Shown: positions 18,325 through 27,173 of the stretch, piece after piece | How positions within the stretch are numbered: position 1 is the first letter of the stretch | How the letters are laid out: the number at the start of each line of letters is the position of its first letter | Made by a program: the position numbers and the translations under genes | Source of the DNA: an uncultured Ruminococcus sp. | GTDB taxonomy: Bacteria > Bacillota > Clostridia > Oscillospirales > Ruminococcaceae | Assembly (NCBI GenBank): GCA_946621745.1 | Contig: CAMOOV010000001.1 | Location: 7,999 to 71,998 of the forward strand | DNA: 64,000 nucleotides | Direction of reading: 5' to 3' | Notes under the pieces: generated by a model | What the model was told of the DNA's origin: nothing | Seen by the model: only the letters and a program-made list of their open reading frames with translations | The model's database searches: none

Positions 18325-19038
18325 TCACATCTTATGCGTATACTTGCAGTCCGGATAGCGGGAGCATACCCAGTAATTGCCGGTCGGCGTGCCGACGGGC
18401 TTCAGCGGCGACAGACACTCCGGACAGATCTGCTGCGCCAGCGCCCGCCTTGCATTCAGCTTGTAATCCGCCGACTCGGCCGCGTGCTTCTTCCGCATAT
18501 CCTCGCCGCGGAGCTGATGCTCCCCGATGTAATCATAGATATACTGCGTCTCGGCCTCCGTCAGATGCATTTTTCGCTTTTCGCACACGAGCTGCACGAT
18601 CCGGCGCATCGCATTCAGATTCTGCACAATGCTCGTGTCTGCCGGATACGGCCCCGTCAGCTCCAGCTTGCCGCCCCTGCCGACCGGCTGCATCACGACC
18701 AGCGAATGAAAATGCAGCTCATAAGGCACCGGACTCAGAAATTTCCGCATTTGCAGCATATGGTATAGGTTCTGCATCACCGGACTGAAATAGTCGATCT
18801 CTGCTCCGCCGACATACTGCTTCCAGTATTTGTTCATGCCGCTGCCTGCGATGAGCCCCTGATAGGTCTTGTATTCTCCGAGAAATATGCACTGCGGCGA
18901 CGCGATCACAAAATCAATATGCATCGTTCTGTCATCCGCCGGGATCAGTACATCGCGCATCACATACCAGTCGCTGTATTGCAGCAGCGCATTGGTCAGC
19001 GCAGCATCCGGCGCCTGTGATGAAAACGGATTTACCAT
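18325..19038 (-). CDS. NERD-domain (PD-(D/E)xK-like) protein with C-terminal topoisomerase-type zinc finger
   Basis: HIDFVIASPQCIFLGEYKTY (D...ExK) and the C-terminal CPECLSPL...WVCSRYPDCKYTH (C4 finger). Confidence 0.7.
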   Translation of the reverse strand: MVNPFSSQAPDAALTNALLQYSDWYVMRDVLIPADDRTMHIDFVIASPQCIFLGEYKTYQGLIAGSGMNKYWKQYVGGAEIDYFSPVMQNLYHMLQMRKFLSPVPYELHFHSLVVMQPVGRGGKLELTGPYPADTSIVQNLNAMRRIVQLVCEKRKMHLTEAETQYIYDYIGEHQLRGEDMRKKHAAESADYKLNARRALAQQICPECLSPLKPVGTPTGNYWVCSRYPDCKYTHKM

Positions 19039-19053
19039 GAAAGGTCTGCCTCC

Positions 19054-21456
19054 TTAATACACGATCTTATTCTTTATATTATCGCGGATAAACTGCTCTG
19101 TTTCCTTTGCGTCCATCGGATGACCGTAAAGATAGCCCTGCACAAGGTCGCAGCCCATTTCACGCAGCGCGACCGCCTGCTCCGGCGTTTCCACGCCCTC
19201 TGCGATCGTCCGGATCTGCTTTGCCTTTGCGATCCGCGCAACGGAGCGGATGATCTCCTGCACGACCGGATCTGCATCCATGCCGACCACAAAGGAGCGG
19301 TCGAGCTTCAGCATCGTGAACGGGAGCTGCTGGATATAGCTCAGCGAGGAATAGCCTGTGCCGAAATCGTCCATCGCGAGCTGGATGCCCGCCTCACGGA
19401 GCTGATTCATCCGGTCGATCGTCATATCAATATCCATCAGCGCCATAGATTCGGTCAGCTCGATCTCCAGATATTTCGGATCAAGGCCGTGGCGGTTCAG
19501 CGTTTTCATGATCTCTGCACAGATATTCTCCTGATAGAAATCCGGACTGCTGAAATTAATCGACATGACGATCTCCGGCAGTCCGAGAGTCTGCCAGACC
19601 TTTGCCTGCCGGACGGCTTCATCCAGCACAAAGCGCGTGATCTGCGTGATGAGCTGCGAGCGCTCCGCCAGCGGAATGAAGATATCCGGCGCGATCAGCT
19701 TGCCGGAGGGATGCCGCCAGCGGATCAGCGCTTCGAGGCCTTTGATCCCGCCGGTATGCAGGTCGATCTTCGGCTGATAATACAGCACGAATTCCCGCCG
19801 CATCACCGCATCATGGAGCTGCGCTTCGAGATTGCTCTCCTGAATGATCGAATCATGCATCGCTGAGGTATAGCGGCGGATCGAGCCGAGCTGCGATTTG
19901 CCGGTTGACATCGCAAATTCTGCGTGCTCCAGCACCTTTTCAAAGGTCTCGCCGTCCGCCGGCATCCGCGCATAGCCCGCAGAGCAGGTCAGCGATCGGT
20001 TCGAGAGCGCGCCGACCGCTTTGGTCGCAAGCGTCCGCTGCACTCTGCCGACGACCTTTTCCGGCAGCGTTTCATCACCGGTGTCGCGCAGGATCAGCGC
20101 GAAGTTGTCTCCGGAGATGCGCGCACCGAAGCCGCCGAGATTGAGCTGCTTTTTCAGCGCATCCGCAAAGGCGTTCAGCAGCTCATTGCCGATCGCATAG
20201 CCGCAGGTATCGTTGATGAGGTGGAAGCGGTCGATATCCATGACGATGACCCAGTAGGAGCTTCGCAGCTCTACGGTACATTGATACAGATCACGCCCCA
20301 TGAGCATCAGCTTGTTGCGGTTCGGGATGCCGGTCACGGAATCCTCATAGGCAATCTGCTCGATCTTCGCATCCTTTTCTTTTTCGGCTGTGATGTCAAT
20401 GACTGAGCCGCCGACAATCAGCCGGCCGGATTCGGCATTCTGCGTTGCTTTGAAGCGATAGCTGAACCAGCGGTACTGTCCGTCCGCTGCACTGATGCGC
20501 AGCTCCAGCATTTCCGGTCTGCCGATATAATTCCGCATATTGTTGCGCATAGTCTGAACAAAATTATCAAACTTCATAGTGTCCAGCGGATAGACACGCT
20601 TTCGCAGCTCGTCAACCGTCATGGCGCTTTCATTGATGCCGAGCATCTTCTGGAGCTTCTCCGACGGGAACAGATGCGAATTGCCCTGTTCGATCAGCAG
20701 AATGCCGACATCCATCAGCTCCATTGTCAGATTATGCCGCCCCTCGGAAACAGTCAGCCGCTTAGAGGCGATCTCCAGCTCGGACTGCATCTTCCGGATA
20801 TCGTCCATATCTATGCCGATCGAGAGCAGCCATGTCACGCCGTCCTCATCGGTCTCGACAGCAGAGGTATTCCAGATCATATCATGCGGTACGCCGGAGG
20901 GTGAGGTAAACGAATACTCCTGATTCTTCGCGGATACGATCGCACTGATCCCTGCGGCATCCAGCTCCCTTTTGCCGAAAAACATCGGAACGACATATTT
21001 CACATCATAGTCATCGCGCATCTGCATCTCTGCGATCTTGGAGAGCGCATCATTGATAATGAGCGTTTTCAGTCTGTCATCCCAGAGCATCGCGGGCGAA
21101 GTGAGGTTTTTCGCAAGATACTCCAGCCGTTTGCGCGTCAGGAGCTTCCTGCGCTTTTCCGTCTGCTGCCGCCGCAGCACCATTCCAAAGCTCAGGAGCA
21201 CCGCGACCAGCGCATAGGTATTGAAGATCAGATATACCAGATCACCCTTTTCGCGGTGAAAGAACGCATAGACGATCAGATATCCTGTTGCAATCGCAAA
21301 CGCAACCACAACGGAATACATCAGTTGTTTTTTATATTTCAATCCTGTCACACCTTTCCCGTAATACCGCACCGGTCTTTTTTCTCCGGTGCATACCAAT
21401 CCATGTTCTATTATACCAAAGAAAACAGTAAATGTCAATGGATTTTCATGATTCAC
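19054..21456 (-). CDS. membrane PAS - degenerate GGDEF - EAL protein (predicted c-di-GMP phosphodiesterase)
   Basis: The GGDEF position reads SGDNF. The EAL domain is intact (LEALIRW, EIELTES, DDFGTGYSS, AEGVET, QGY). The true start is probably internal (M46 at 21321 or a nearby TTG/GTG), just before TM MYSVVVAFAIATGYLIVYAFF. Confidence 0.8.
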   Translation of the reverse strand: MNHENPLTFTVFFGIIEHGLVCTGEKRPVRYYGKGVTGLKYKKQLMYSVVVAFAIATGYLIVYAFFHREKGDLVYLIFNTYALVAVLLSFGMVLRRQQTEKRRKLLTRKRLEYLAKNLTSPAMLWDDRLKTLIINDALSKIAEMQMRDDYDVKYVVPMFFGKRELDAAGISAIVSAKNQEYSFTSPSGVPHDMIWNTSAVETDEDGVTWLLSIGIDMDDIRKMQSELEIASKRLTVSEGRHNLTMELMDVGILLIEQGNSHLFPSEKLQKMLGINESAMTVDELRKRVYPLDTMKFDNFVQTMRNNMRNYIGRPEMLELRISAADGQYRWFSYRFKATQNAESGRLIVGGSVIDITAEKEKDAKIEQIAYEDSVTGIPNRNKLMLMGRDLYQCTVELRSSYWVIVMDIDRFHLINDTCGYAIGNELLNAFADALKKQLNLGGFGARISGDNFALILRDTGDETLPEKVVGRVQRTLATKAVGALSNRSLTCSAGYARMPADGETFEKVLEHAEFAMSTGKSQLGSIRRYTSAMHDSIIQESNLEAQLHDAVMRREFVLYYQPKIDLHTGGIKGLEALIRWRHPSGKLIAPDIFIPLAERSQLITQITRFVLDEAVRQAKVWQTLGLPEIVMSINFSSPDFYQENICAEIMKTLNRHGLDPKYLEIELTESMALMDIDMTIDRMNQLREAGIQLAMDDFGTGYSSLSYIQQLPFTMLKLDRSFVVGMDADPVVQEIIRSVARIAKAKQIRTIAEGVETPEQAVALREMGCDLVQGYLYGHPMDAKETEQFIRDNIKNKIVY

Positions 21457-21495
21457 AAAAAAGAATTTGGACTAGATTTCACAAAAAATTCACAA
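21452..21495 (+). promoter_or_regulatory. direct repeats TTCACAAAAAA (x2) plus TTCACAA upstream of the two-component operon
   Basis: Copies at 21452-21462, 21478-21488 and 21489-21495, followed by an extended -10 tgGTAGAAT. This geometry fits an OmpR-family direct-repeat operator. Confidence 0.35.
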
Positions 21496-21557
21496 TTATA
21501 TGGTAGAATGAATATACTGACAAATTATGCCCGATGATACAGAAAGGAATTACAAGT

Positions 21558-22226
21558 ATGAAGCTTCTGGTAGTAGACGATGAAATGAACATCCGCAGAG
21601 TTGTGCGTGAATACGCGGAATTCGAGGGCTATGAGGTCGATGAGGCCGCGGACGGCATGGAGGCCGTGACAAAGGCAAAGGAGACTGACTATGACCTCAT
21701 CATCATGGATATCATGATGCCGCGCTTTGACGGCTATTCCGCCTGCAAGGAGATCCGCAAGACAAAGAATACGCCGATCATCATGCTCTCTGCCCGCGCA
21801 GAGGAATACGACAAGCTCTACGGCTTTGAGCTGGGCATTGACGATTATGTGGTCAAGCCCTTTTCCCCGAAGGAGCTGATGGCGCGCGTCAAGGCCGTCA
21901 CCTCCCGCAAGGCCGCACAGCAGCCCGCCGTGCCGGAGCGCATGGCCTTTGAGGGACTGGAGATCGACATGGCCGGCAGAGAGGTCTATGTCAACGGACA
22001 AAAGGCCAATATGACCCCGAAGGAATATGACCTGCTGTTTTATCTTGTCAAGAACCGCAATATTGCGCTCACCCGCGACAAGCTGCTGGAGGAGGTCTGG
22101 GGCTACGATTTCTTCGGCGATGACCGCACGGTCGATACCCATATCAAAATGCTCCGCAACAGTCTCGGTGAATACCGCAAATACATCGTTACACTGAGAG
22201 GAATGGGATATAAGTTTGAAGCGTAA
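21558..22226 (+). CDS. OmpR-family response regulator
   Basis: Start moved to MKLLVVDDE (RBS aaagga). Receiver motif DLIIMDIMMP. Winged-helix C-terminus (TVDTHIKMLRNSL...LRGMGYKF). Confidence 0.9.
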   Translation: MKLLVVDDEMNIRRVVREYAEFEGYEVDEAADGMEAVTKAKETDYDLIIMDIMMPRFDGYSACKEIRKTKNTPIIMLSARAEEYDKLYGFELGIDDYVVKPFSPKELMARVKAVTSRKAAQQPAVPERMAFEGLEIDMAGREVYVNGQKANMTPKEYDLLFYLVKNRNIALTRDKLLEEVWGYDFFGDDRTVDTHIKMLRNSLGEYRKYIVTLRGMGYKFEA

Positions 22227-23679
22227 ACGCCGGCCGAACAACAGTATGCGCAGGACGATCTGGTTCTGGTTCATGGAATTCGTCCTTGTGACATTCCTGC
22301 TGCTCTGGATCTGTCAGGTCTTGTTTTTGCAGAATTTCTACGACCGCATGAAAACGAATGACATCATGCGCCTTGCGGACAAAATGGTCACGCTCTATCA
22401 GAAGGGCAGCTATGAGGACGAATTCCTGAATATTGCGATCGAGAATGATCTCTGCATTGAGGTGCGCGACCGCTTCAAGCGCTCGGCATATCAGCAGCAT
22501 ATCATGGGCGGAAGCTGCTTCATTCACGGCTATAACAATCATGCCCGCAAAATCCTCGACAAGCTCATGGAAAGTGAAAATTCTGTCTATTACGGCTGGG
22601 ACGAGCATCCGGTCACAAAGAGCAAGGTGCTGATCTATGCGCGTGTCATCGGCCCGAAGGACAATCCGCAGGGATACCTCATTCTCAATACACCCCTCGC
22701 GCCGGTCTCCGCGACCGTCAGCATCATCCGGCGGCAGCTCATCATCATCACCATCCTCCTCGGACTGATCGCCGTCATCATCTCCATGATCGTTTCCGAC
22801 CGTCTCTCAAAGCCGATCGTCCGCGTCACAAAGGATGCAGAGCAGCTTGCGCACGGTAATTATGATATTCAGTTCGACGGCTCCGGCTATGACGAGGCCG
22901 AACGGCTCGCAGAAACGCTGACCTACGCCAGCCGCGAGATCAACCGCGTCGATACGATGCAGCGCGACCTCATCGCAAATGCCTCGCATGATCTCCGGAC
23001 TCCGCTGACCATGCTGAAGGCCTATGCAGAAATGATCCGCGACCTTTCCGGCGATAATCCTGTCAAGCGCAATGAGCATTTGCAGGTCATCATTGAGGAG
23101 ACTGACCGCCTGACTGCGCTTGTCAACGATATCCTCGATCTCTCCAAATACGAAAACGGAAAAATGACGCTCGAACGCTCCGAATTCGACATGGAGGAGC
23201 GCCTGAATGAGATCGTTGACCGCTACCGCGGACTCAGCGAGGTCTCCGGCTATACCTTCACGCTCGAAACGGACGGCCCTGCGCCGGTCTGCTGTGATGC
23301 CGGAAAGATCGAACAGGTCATCTGCAATCTCATGAACAATGCCATGAACTATACCGGCGAGGACAAGCAGATCTTTGTCACCCTCAGCCATGAGCAGGAC
23401 GGCATTCGCATTGCTGTCCGCGATACAGGCAAGGGCATGGATCAGGAGACGCTCTCGCGCATCTTCGACAAATATTACCGCAGCGAAAACTACAAACGCG
23501 CTGTACGCGGAACCGGTCTCGGTCTTTCGATCGTCAAGGCAATTCTGCGAATGCATGACTATGCGTTCGGTGTTGACAGCACCGTCGGTGTCGGCTCGAC
23601 ATTCTGGTTCATCATCCACAGCGATGAGCCTCCGAAGCTCCAAAAAACGGACTCTGAGCCCGGCAGCAGCAAGGCGTGA
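22216..23679 (+). CDS. sensor histidine kinase (2 TM, HisKA + HATPase_c)
   Basis: H-box NASHDLRTPLT, N-box NLMNNAMNY and G-boxes DTGKGM / GTGLGLSI. The TTG start overlaps the RR gene. ATG 22246 is an alternative start. Confidence 0.85.
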   Translation: MKRKRRPNNSMRRTIWFWFMEFVLVTFLLLWICQVLFLQNFYDRMKTNDIMRLADKMVTLYQKGSYEDEFLNIAIENDLCIEVRDRFKRSAYQQHIMGGSCFIHGYNNHARKILDKLMESENSVYYGWDEHPVTKSKVLIYARVIGPKDNPQGYLILNTPLAPVSATVSIIRRQLIIITILLGLIAVIISMIVSDRLSKPIVRVTKDAEQLAHGNYDIQFDGSGYDEAERLAETLTYASREINRVDTMQRDLIANASHDLRTPLTMLKAYAEMIRDLSGDNPVKRNEHLQVIIEETDRLTALVNDILDLSKYENGKMTLERSEFDMEERLNEIVDRYRGLSEVSGYTFTLETDGPAPVCCDAGKIEQVICNLMNNAMNYTGEDKQIFVTLSHEQDGIRIAVRDTGKGMDQETLSRIFDKYYRSENYKRAVRGTGLGLSIVKAILRMHDYAFGVDSTVGVGSTFWFIIHSDEPPKLQKTDSEPGSSKA

Positions 23680-23784
23680 TTTGCCGCTTTTCTCCGCGTA
23701 AAATCAGAAGTTTCTGATTTGCATATAACGGCAGTATATTGCTCCGGAATTCTCGTCAGGCTGCACAAAGATAGTGAAACATAC

Positions 23785-23813
23785 TTGACTTTTTCAAGTT
23801 TTTCCTGTATAAT
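23785..23813 (+). promoter_or_regulatory. consensus sigma-A promoter for rpmH-rnpA
   Basis: TTGACT (23785-23790), a 17-nt spacer, then TATAAT (23808-23813). Confidence 0.6.
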
Positions 23814-23943
23814 CAAACCTTGCAGGGGTATCTGTATTTTTTGGTACTATTATATATATCCGCTGCGAATACTTTGTAATCCGATGCGGCTGTTTTCGGA
23901 CGGCTGCTCATGATGATACAAAAGAAAAGGAGTGACGATTTCC

Positions 23944-24078
23944 ATGAAGAGAACATATCAGCCGAAGAAGCGGCACCGCAAGATGGAGCATGGCTTCCGG
24001 AAGCGTATGGCAACCACAAACGGTCGCAAGGTTCTGGCTCGCCGCCGTGCAAAGGGTCGTGCAAAGCTGACCTACTGA
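23944..24078 (+). CDS. rpmH: 50S ribosomal protein L34
   Basis: Not in the ORF track because it is under 60 aa. Translation by eye gives [47 protein letters not shown] aaaggag. Confidence 0.95.
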   Translation: MKRTYQPKKRHRKMEHGFRKRMATTNGRKVLARRRAKGRAKLTY

Positions 24079-24096
24079 TCCGATCCGCAAGTAAGA

Positions 24097-24125
24097 GGGC
24101 CACAAGCATTTGTGGTCCTTTTTTA
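24097..24125 (+). terminator. hairpin plus T-run between rpmH and rnpA (attenuator/terminator)
   Basis: Stem gggccacaa/ttgtggtcc (one G-U pair) followed by tttttt. Confidence 0.55.
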
Positions 24126-24141
24126 CTAGGAGAGAATACCT

Positions 24142-24552
24142 ATGGTCTTTACGCAAACACTCAACCGGAATGCGGATTTTCAGCGGCTCTACCACGCCGG
24201 TGCATTCTGCTCGCTCGGCAGTGCGCTGCTCTATGTCATGCCGAACGGTCTGCCCTTTAACCGGCTCGGAATTACCGCCGGCAAAAAGATCGGCAATGCC
24301 GTTAGACGCAACCGTGCAAAGCGCATCATCCGCGCTGCCTATACCGCAGCGGAAATGCAGATGCCTGTCGGGATCGACCTCGTTGTCGTCGCCCGCAGCA
24401 CTCTGCCGGAGCAGTCCTCTGTCATCCTGACAGAAAAATTCTGCACCCGCGCCGCCGCACACTGCAATGCAGTCAGCAGCGGAGAGATTCCCTGCGGACA
24501 GAATCCGCGGCATAAGAAAAAGCACAGCGGAAAGTCCGCGCAAGGCCAATGA
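24142..24552 (+). CDS. rnpA: ribonuclease P protein component
   Basis: [28 protein letters not shown] is the RnpA RNR motif. Lies directly after rpmH. About 20 aa of extra basic C-terminus. Confidence 0.9.
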   Translation: MVFTQTLNRNADFQRLYHAGAFCSLGSALLYVMPNGLPFNRLGITAGKKIGNAVRRNRAKRIIRAAYTAAEMQMPVGIDLVVVARSTLPEQSSVILTEKFCTRAAAHCNAVSSGEIPCGQNPRHKKKHSGKSAQGQ

Positions 24553-24908
24553 AGCTGCTGCGGTATATTTATTCGGCACCGATCCGCTTTTACAGAAAGC
24601 ATATCTCCCCGCATTTTCCTGCGGTCTGCCGCTATCGTCCAAGCTGTTCGGCCTATGCGCTCGGCGCGATCGAACGCTTCGGCATCATCCGCGGCACATG
24701 GCTCGGCTTTCTCCGGATCTGCCGGTGCAATCCGTTTTCTCACGGCGGCTGGGATCCCGTTCCGATCCGGTTCGATCTGTTCGGCCGGCATAAGATCCAG
24801 CAGCCCGATCCGCTTTCCCCTGCGCAGCGCCATGCACTTGAATATCAATGGCTGCTCGCACACCGTACAAAATGGCGGGGCATAAAAAAATACCGCTCCA
24901 AACACTGA
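24549..24908 (+). CDS. yidD: membrane protein insertion efficiency factor YidD
   Basis: [65 protein letters not shown] overlap with rnpA. About 45 aa longer than is typical. Confidence 0.85.
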   Translation: MKLLRYIYSAPIRFYRKHISPHFPAVCRYRPSCSAYALGAIERFGIIRGTWLGFLRICRCNPFSHGGWDPVPIRFDLFGRHKIQQPDPLSPAQRHALEYQWLLAHRTKWRGIKKYRSKH

Positions 24909-24932
24909 ATCAACCGAACGGAGGCAAACAAC

Positions 24933-26066
24933 TTGGGTCTCATCGCAACTGTAATGGGCTGGGTCATGTATCTGTTTTATCAGATCATTCCGAGCTACGG
25001 TATCTGTATTATTCTGTTTTCTATCACGGTCAAGCTGCTGACACTGCCGGCGACCTACAAAATGCAGGTCAACCAGGCAAGACAGTCGCTGCTTGCGCCG
25101 AAGCTCGAAAAGCTGCGCAAATCCTATGCAAATAATCAGCAGCGCCTTCAGGAAGAGCAAAACAAGCTCTTTCAGGCAGAAGGCATCAACCAGACAGCAG
25201 GCTGTCTCGGCTCGATTCTGACCATGATCCTGATCCTCGGTGTTTATCAGGTCGTTATGCGTCCGCTGACCTATGTTCTGCGCATCGGCTCCGACCAGAT
25301 CACAGAGGCAACGAATCTGCTCTCTGAATGGCTCACGACACAGAATATCACGGAGAAATATCTCAGCAGCAGACCTGAGCTGATCATTCTGAAATATCTC
25401 AAAACGAATCCGGATGTCTTCAGTTCGATTCCCGGCTTCAATGAGAAGCTCGCGAATTTCAACAACCACTTCCTCGGCTTCGACCTTGCCGGTGTGCCTT
25501 CGCTGCATCCGGAGAACGGCTGGAGTTTTACCGCACTCATGCTCGTGCTGCTGCCGGTCATTTCGGCCGTCATCCAGCTTATTACGACATTTGTAACACA
25601 GAATCACAGCAAAAAATCAAATCCCGCAGCACCGCAGATGGGTGCTATGAACCTCATGCTCTATTTGTCGCCGCTGTTCACAATCTGGATCGGTATGTCC
25701 GTTCCGGCAGGTCTGAGCTTCTACTGGCTCGCAAACGGTGTCATTTCGCTTGTTGTCCAGCTGATGCTCTACCGCTATCTTTCCGGTGAGCGACTGCTCA
25801 AAATCAATGAGCGCGAAAAGCAGAAGCAGCTTGCTAAGGGCCCGACATGGATGCAGCGCATGATGGAACAGTCCGCGCAAATGCAGGCCGAACAGAACGG
25901 CTACCGCTCCGATTCCAACCGTACCCGCTACACAGACGGTGACGACGGAATGTCCCGCAAGGAGCGCGCGGAATATGAAAAAACGCTGATTGAAGCAGCC
26001 AGAAAACGCGCTGCTTTGAAATACGGGGATGCAGTTCCTGAGGATACGAAATCAGATGAACAGTAA
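24933..26066 (+). CDS. yidC: membrane insertase YidC/SpoIIIJ (Oxa1 family)
   Basis: TTG start with RBS ggagg 8 nt upstream. Multi-TM protein with the conserved KMQ..QP and LQEEQNKLF region. Canonical position. Confidence 0.9.
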   Translation: MGLIATVMGWVMYLFYQIIPSYGICIILFSITVKLLTLPATYKMQVNQARQSLLAPKLEKLRKSYANNQQRLQEEQNKLFQAEGINQTAGCLGSILTMILILGVYQVVMRPLTYVLRIGSDQITEATNLLSEWLTTQNITEKYLSSRPELIILKYLKTNPDVFSSIPGFNEKLANFNNHFLGFDLAGVPSLHPENGWSFTALMLVLLPVISAVIQLITTFVTQNHSKKSNPAAPQMGAMNLMLYLSPLFTIWIGMSVPAGLSFYWLANGVISLVVQLMLYRYLSGERLLKINEREKQKQLAKGPTWMQRMMEQSAQMQAEQNGYRSDSNRTRYTDGDDGMSRKERAEYEKTLIEAARKRAALKYGDAVPEDTKSDEQ

Positions 26067-26101
26067 ATCTCCGCAAATCTACTGAAAAGGAGATCAGCCC
26101 G

Positions 26102-27121
26102 ATGACTGGAATTTTTACCGCTTCGTCGATTGATGAGGCAAAGCAGAAGGCCGCTGACGCTTTCGGTGTACCGGTTTCTGCAATCACATTTCAGGTTCTG
26201 GAAGAGCCAAAGCGTTCGCTCCTCGGCGGATTGTTCGGGAAAAAGGAGGAATACCGCATAGAAGCCTCCTATCAGCCCGCGGCGCCGGCTGTCACAGAAG
26301 AAATTGTTGAAGAAAAAGTTGAAACTGTCGAAAACATCCCGGCAACCCCGGCTGCTGAAACGGTTGAAGAAGCTGCGGAAGATACCGATAATGAAACGGA
26401 ATCCGGGCGGAGTGATATCCCGGAGGATGTGCAGCTGGAAAAGCTAGCCGTCGGTGCAGCTTATCTGGAGTCCATTCTCAAGCAGCTCGCGCCGGAAGTC
26501 AAGGTGACCGGTAAGCTGGAAAACGGCATTTCCTATCAGATTGAAGGAAACGGCGCCGGTTCACTGATCGGCCGACGCGGCGACACGCTGGATGCAATGC
26601 AGTACCTCACCTCGATGGTCGCAAACCGCGGTGACCGTGACTATGTGCGTGTGACGATCGACACCTGCGGCTACCGTGAGAAGCGCAGAAACTCGCTTCA
26701 GGAGCTTGCACAGCGCATCAGCAAAAATGTACTGCGTACCGGCAGAAGCATTGCTCTGGAGCCCATGAACCCCTATGAGCGCCGCGTGATTCATTCAGCT
26801 GTGACAGAGATCGAAGGCGTTTCATCTCACTCAGTCGGCGAGGAGCCGAACCGTAAGGTCATTATCACAAACGATTCCGCTCCCGAATATAAGCGTGATG
26901 ACAAGAATGCCCGCACCTTCCGTGAGCGAGGCAGAGGTGACCGCAATGACCGCGGACGCGGCAGGGGCGGCAGGCGTGACCGCGGCGACCGCCGTGATCG
27001 CAGACCGAGCGGTGAAGGTCCTCGCAAGCTTGATCTTTCCACCAGCTTTGAAAAGGATTATAAACGCCCGAAGCCGGAGGATTCCCTGAATGCCGGTGTT
27101 TACGGTAAAATTGATATTTGA
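26102..27121 (+). CDS. jag: Jag/KhpB RNA-binding protein (Jag_N, KH, R3H) with an Arg/Gly/Asp-rich tail
   Basis: Jag_N (ASSIDEAKQKAADAFGV), KH (IGRRGDTLDAMQYL) and R3H (LEPMNPYERRVIHSAV). The tail is RGRGDRNDRGRGRGGRRDRGDRRDRR. Confidence 0.9.
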   Translation: MTGIFTASSIDEAKQKAADAFGVPVSAITFQVLEEPKRSLLGGLFGKKEEYRIEASYQPAAPAVTEEIVEEKVETVENIPATPAAETVEEAAEDTDNETESGRSDIPEDVQLEKLAVGAAYLESILKQLAPEVKVTGKLENGISYQIEGNGAGSLIGRRGDTLDAMQYLTSMVANRGDRDYVRVTIDTCGYREKRRNSLQELAQRISKNVLRTGRSIALEPMNPYERRVIHSAVTEIEGVSSHSVGEEPNRKVIITNDSAPEYKRDDKNARTFRERGRGDRNDRGRGRGGRRDRGDRRDRRPSGEGPRKLDLSTSFEKDYKRPKPEDSLNAGVYGKIDI

Positions 27122-27128
27122 TGCTGAA

Positions 27129-27162
27129 AGGGCGGTTCAATTCTGAGCCGCCCTCTGTTTTT
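27129..27162 (+). terminator. intrinsic terminator after jag
   Basis: Stem agggcgg/ccgccct followed by ctgttttt. Confidence 0.6.
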
Positions 27163-27173
27163 AAGGAGAATTT

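Noticed and set aside
14500-19100. A prophage, ICE or transposon around the serine recombinase.
   Set aside because: I recognise no capsid, tail, terminase, relaxase, T4SS, replication or transposase genes. pfkA sits in the middle and the GC content looks host-like.
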